Made by a program: the position numbers and the translations under genes. 64,000 nt of DNA from Monocercomonoides exilis PA203 (Eukaryota; Protista; Preaxostyla): assembly GCA_001643675.2 (NCBI GenBank), contig LSRY02000001.1:2604001-2668000 (forward strand), in the 5' to 3' direction. Under the pieces are notes generated by a model. That model was not told the DNA's origin and searched no databases. It saw only the letters and a program-made list of their open reading frames with translations. Shown here one piece after another: positions 61,001-64,000 of this stretch (position 1 is its first letter; each line of letters starts with the position of its first letter).

Positions 61001-63123
61001 TGAAAAGTGTTCAATGCGTCTGATAGATAAATGCATCGAAAATGAGAAAGAAGAAGAAGAAGAAGGTGATTTTGATAAAGATATAAGAAAGGTTCAGAAA
61101 GAAAAAGGTACAAAAGAGGAGATGAAAGAAGCCGAAACGAAGAACAATTCTGTTACGATTTTAGCCTCTTTTTGCCTTTATTTTACCAAATCTCAGAATT
61201 CGACAAAGATTTAGCAACAAATTATCGAAACGCCATTTTTTTTCTCGACTTTTGCATGTGCGAACACATCAACTTCATTCACTTCTTCTTCGTTTCACAC
61301 TTCATTATCATCTTCAAAACCTTCTTCCTTCTCCTCCTCTTCGTTTTCGTTGTCTCCTTCGTTTTCTTCGTTTTCTTATTTGTCTTCACATGCATTGAAA
61401 CAAGCAAAACTTTCTTCTTTTGCATCAGACTTTATCCTCTACTCCTTATTTTTCAAAATATCTTTTCTATATCTTCTTATTATTATTCTTCAGCACCTTC
61501 TTCGATGAGGAACAAATATATAACAATTTTCTTCAAATTCTTCTCGAAACCCTGTATTCAATTAACTTCCAGAAATGCAAAAGAAATACTATTGTTATCG
61601 CAGAATATCAGATGAAAGTTAATGATTATGGAAGCGATTCTATTCTTCGTAAAGAAAAGCCTATAAGCAGGAGTGTAGTGGAAAAGGATATTGAATCTGC
61701 ATTTTGCGTTTAGAGGTTGATAAAGACATACGAAATCGAATGAATATTGAAGCAATAATTAAACAGGAAGTGTGATAGAAATGATGAGTTTCTTCAGATT
61801 TTTACAATGCAACATGCATTCAACATGTAGAAGATGAAACGATGAAGGAAACTTATTTATTTGAAAAGGCATATTAAATGGAAAATTCTATGAAACAAGA
61901 GAATAAATATCCGACAAGCAATGCTGATTTCATCAATTTCCCATATGAGATGTTTTCTTCTATTTTGTGTGTCATCTCCCCAACTTTCTTCGACCTTGTT
62001 GCCACTTGCACATAAATTCACAATTTCTCTGCACAATCAACAATTTTTGCCAACGTTCTTCGCCTTCTTCTGAAAACCCATCGCGTTTTGTGTCCTCTTT
62101 CAGGGCATCTTTGATAGCCAGAAAGACATTGCTTTGATGCCAAGATGACCATCCACATATTCATTGTCAACTGAATGCCCGTCGAGAAATACAAACAATT
62201 CAACATCTCAACTACCAATTGCTTCTGTTCTGTCATGTCCCAACAATCGAATTGTCTTTCTGAGTGATGCACCTCATAAAGGCGAAAAAAGGCTCGTTCA
62301 CGGAAGCTTCAAGAAAGTCGCCAACAAAATACAAATCTCTTCTTCCTCTTCTGTCCACACTTGAGCACTCAATCAGCTGAACTTCATGTTTTGGTAAAAT
62401 ATGTTTAAAGAGGAGATACGCAAATGCTGCCAGAGCAATTGATGAACATCGTGTGAAGAACGGAGCAGAAAGACTGGAAATAAAAGCAAATAATATCATC
62501 GGTATTTTCTGAGGAAATTTTTGATGAGCAGATTCGAAACAGATGAAAGAGGAGCTGTAAATTGAAAATGAAGTGGGAAGAGCATTTTATTCGAAGAATA
62601 AAAAAAGATGTGACGAGATTGAATCAGTTGTTCCCATTGATTATTGATTCCTTTTCAACACAATCTCCATTTGATGAATCCGTTGAACTGCACGACTGGA
62701 ACTGAAATTTAATAATGAATTTTTAGCTGGATTAACAAAAAACACATTGGATATTTAACTTTTTAATAATAAAATATTATGTATTTGTTTAATTATAAAT
62801 GTTGTTTGAAAATTTTTTCTCATCAAGTTATGTTTCACTTGTTTAGACATTTTTATTTTCCTTTGAAAGTTTGATTATTCTTTATTATTTTATATATTTT
62901 TATAAAACTTGATCAAAAAAAAAAAAAAAAAAAAACACTTTTCCACAAAAACATCAAAAAGGTATGCTTTTTTTCATATTAATTAATAAAACATACATGC
63001 ATCACTGAAAACAAAACTAAATACTTGCGAAAATCAATTTAACTCTTTGATCAAAAAATACCACTAAATATTTTATTTTTTTGATTTTTGATCTTTTTTT
63101 ATGATATCAAAAAAAAATCACCC
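58082..63123. mobile_element. 5,042-bp non-autonomous TIR element, TSD ATAT, inserted in the transposase gene
   Basis: atat|GGGTGA-T8-GATATCATAAAA ... TTTTATGATATC-A9-TCACCC|atat. TTGATCAAAA motifs occur near both ends; no intact ORF inside. Confidence 0.9.
61750..62705 (-). pseudogene. Surface-protein family fragment carried inside the 5-kb element
   Basis: RGRRDLYFVGDFLEASVNEPFFAFM...DNSIVG resembles the (R/Y)G(R/N)D(V/L)(Y/F) module of the large surface proteins; frameshifted. Confidence 0.4.
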
Positions 63124-63127
63124 ATAT

Positions 63128-63995
63128 GAGTTTCTTTAAATTTTTCATACAACTTGGCCTTTGTCATGTTTATTATTCGAGTAGGAAGTTTTTTTATTTG
63201 ATAGTCAATCTGCTTTTGATAATTCTGTGTGAAGTTCTTTTTGGTTGAGGAGTTTCTGCCTTTGAAGCAATTTCTTGTTTCCGATGAAGATGTTGCATTT
63301 TTAAAGAAAGTGCGATGTTTTGAATGAATTGGTTGATACAATGAAGTAGTTGAATATTGTTGAATTGATGAAGTGATTGAGTCATTCGCATGAAGAGTGT
63401 TGTTTGAAATGTTTGAAGAAATTGAAGTGAAACGGGAATGTGATGATATGTAATTTGTCGTTGATGATAGACATAAAGAATTTGTTCCTTCATCTTCACT
63501 GTTCTTCATGTTATTTGTTGTCTGCTTCTTTAACGAATTAATTCTTACATCGTCTTGATGATTTTGAGACATGAAAATATCTCGTCCAATGTTGAATAAG
63601 TCAGGGGAGAATGGATTTTGAAGATTATTGAAGAGCTGTTTATTGTTTCGAACGTATACAAATAAAAATGGACGAGAACCACCATCTATTTGTCTTTTTA
63701 TTTCAGATTGTGCATTTTGTCCAACCACCGAAATATTTTCATCGTTGCATAATATCCATTCATCATTCGAAAAATGAACGTTGTCCTCTTTTTGATTCAA
63801 GCACAAAGAGAAAAAATGCCCAGATTCATAAGTCCCTTGAAAGAACAATACAGAAATCAAACTGAAGTTACAAGCTCCTTCGACATGACAATCACCACAT
63901 TTCAATCCCTCCATTTCATTTGTAAATGATAAACAAAAAGGAACATTCAACGTGTTTTCTCTGTTGTTATTTAGAGATTCAAGTGAAATGGCCAA
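63128..63995 (-). CDS. 5' part of the same transposase gene, with a USP (peptidase C19) His-box region; continues beyond the window
   Basis: FSLISVLFFQGTYESGHFFS...WILCNDENIS...PFLFVYVR matches the USP His box. It is followed by a S/T/N linker and TKAKLYEKFKETH, which joins IKMSKSTFYK across the insertion. Confidence 0.75.
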
Positions 63996-64000
63996 AATAT

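Overview
AT-rich eukaryotic (protist) genomic DNA with short spliceosomal introns and the standard genetic code. The gene families and composition suggest the oxymonad Monocercomonoides or a relative (inference, not searched). Intact genes: a ~2,590-aa receptor-like type I membrane protein with GGA-type beta-helix repeats and a C-terminal pseudokinase (20144-27928); a 1,017-aa type I membrane protein (12322-15375, -); two paralogues of a lineage-specific helical protein family (7879-9293 -, 44164-45566 +); and an intronless 818-aa protein built from 25 indel-free 30-aa repeats with hypervariable positions (37761-40217). The rest is pseudogenes, microsatellites and mobile DNA. The main mobile-DNA result is a Sola-like DDD transposase carrying a ubiquitin-specific-protease (USP) His-box domain. 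It is split by a 5,042-bp GGGTGA...TCACCC element with an ATAT target-site duplication (TSD), and removing that element restores one reading frame. A 255-bp MITE family, including one MITE nested in another, has the same termini and AWWT TSDs. Also present: a foldback element, a pogo/Tc1-like MITE, a stand-alone tyrosine recombinase, and a GC-rich multi-stem hairpin downstream of the transposase. No rRNA, tRNA or CRISPR array was recognised.
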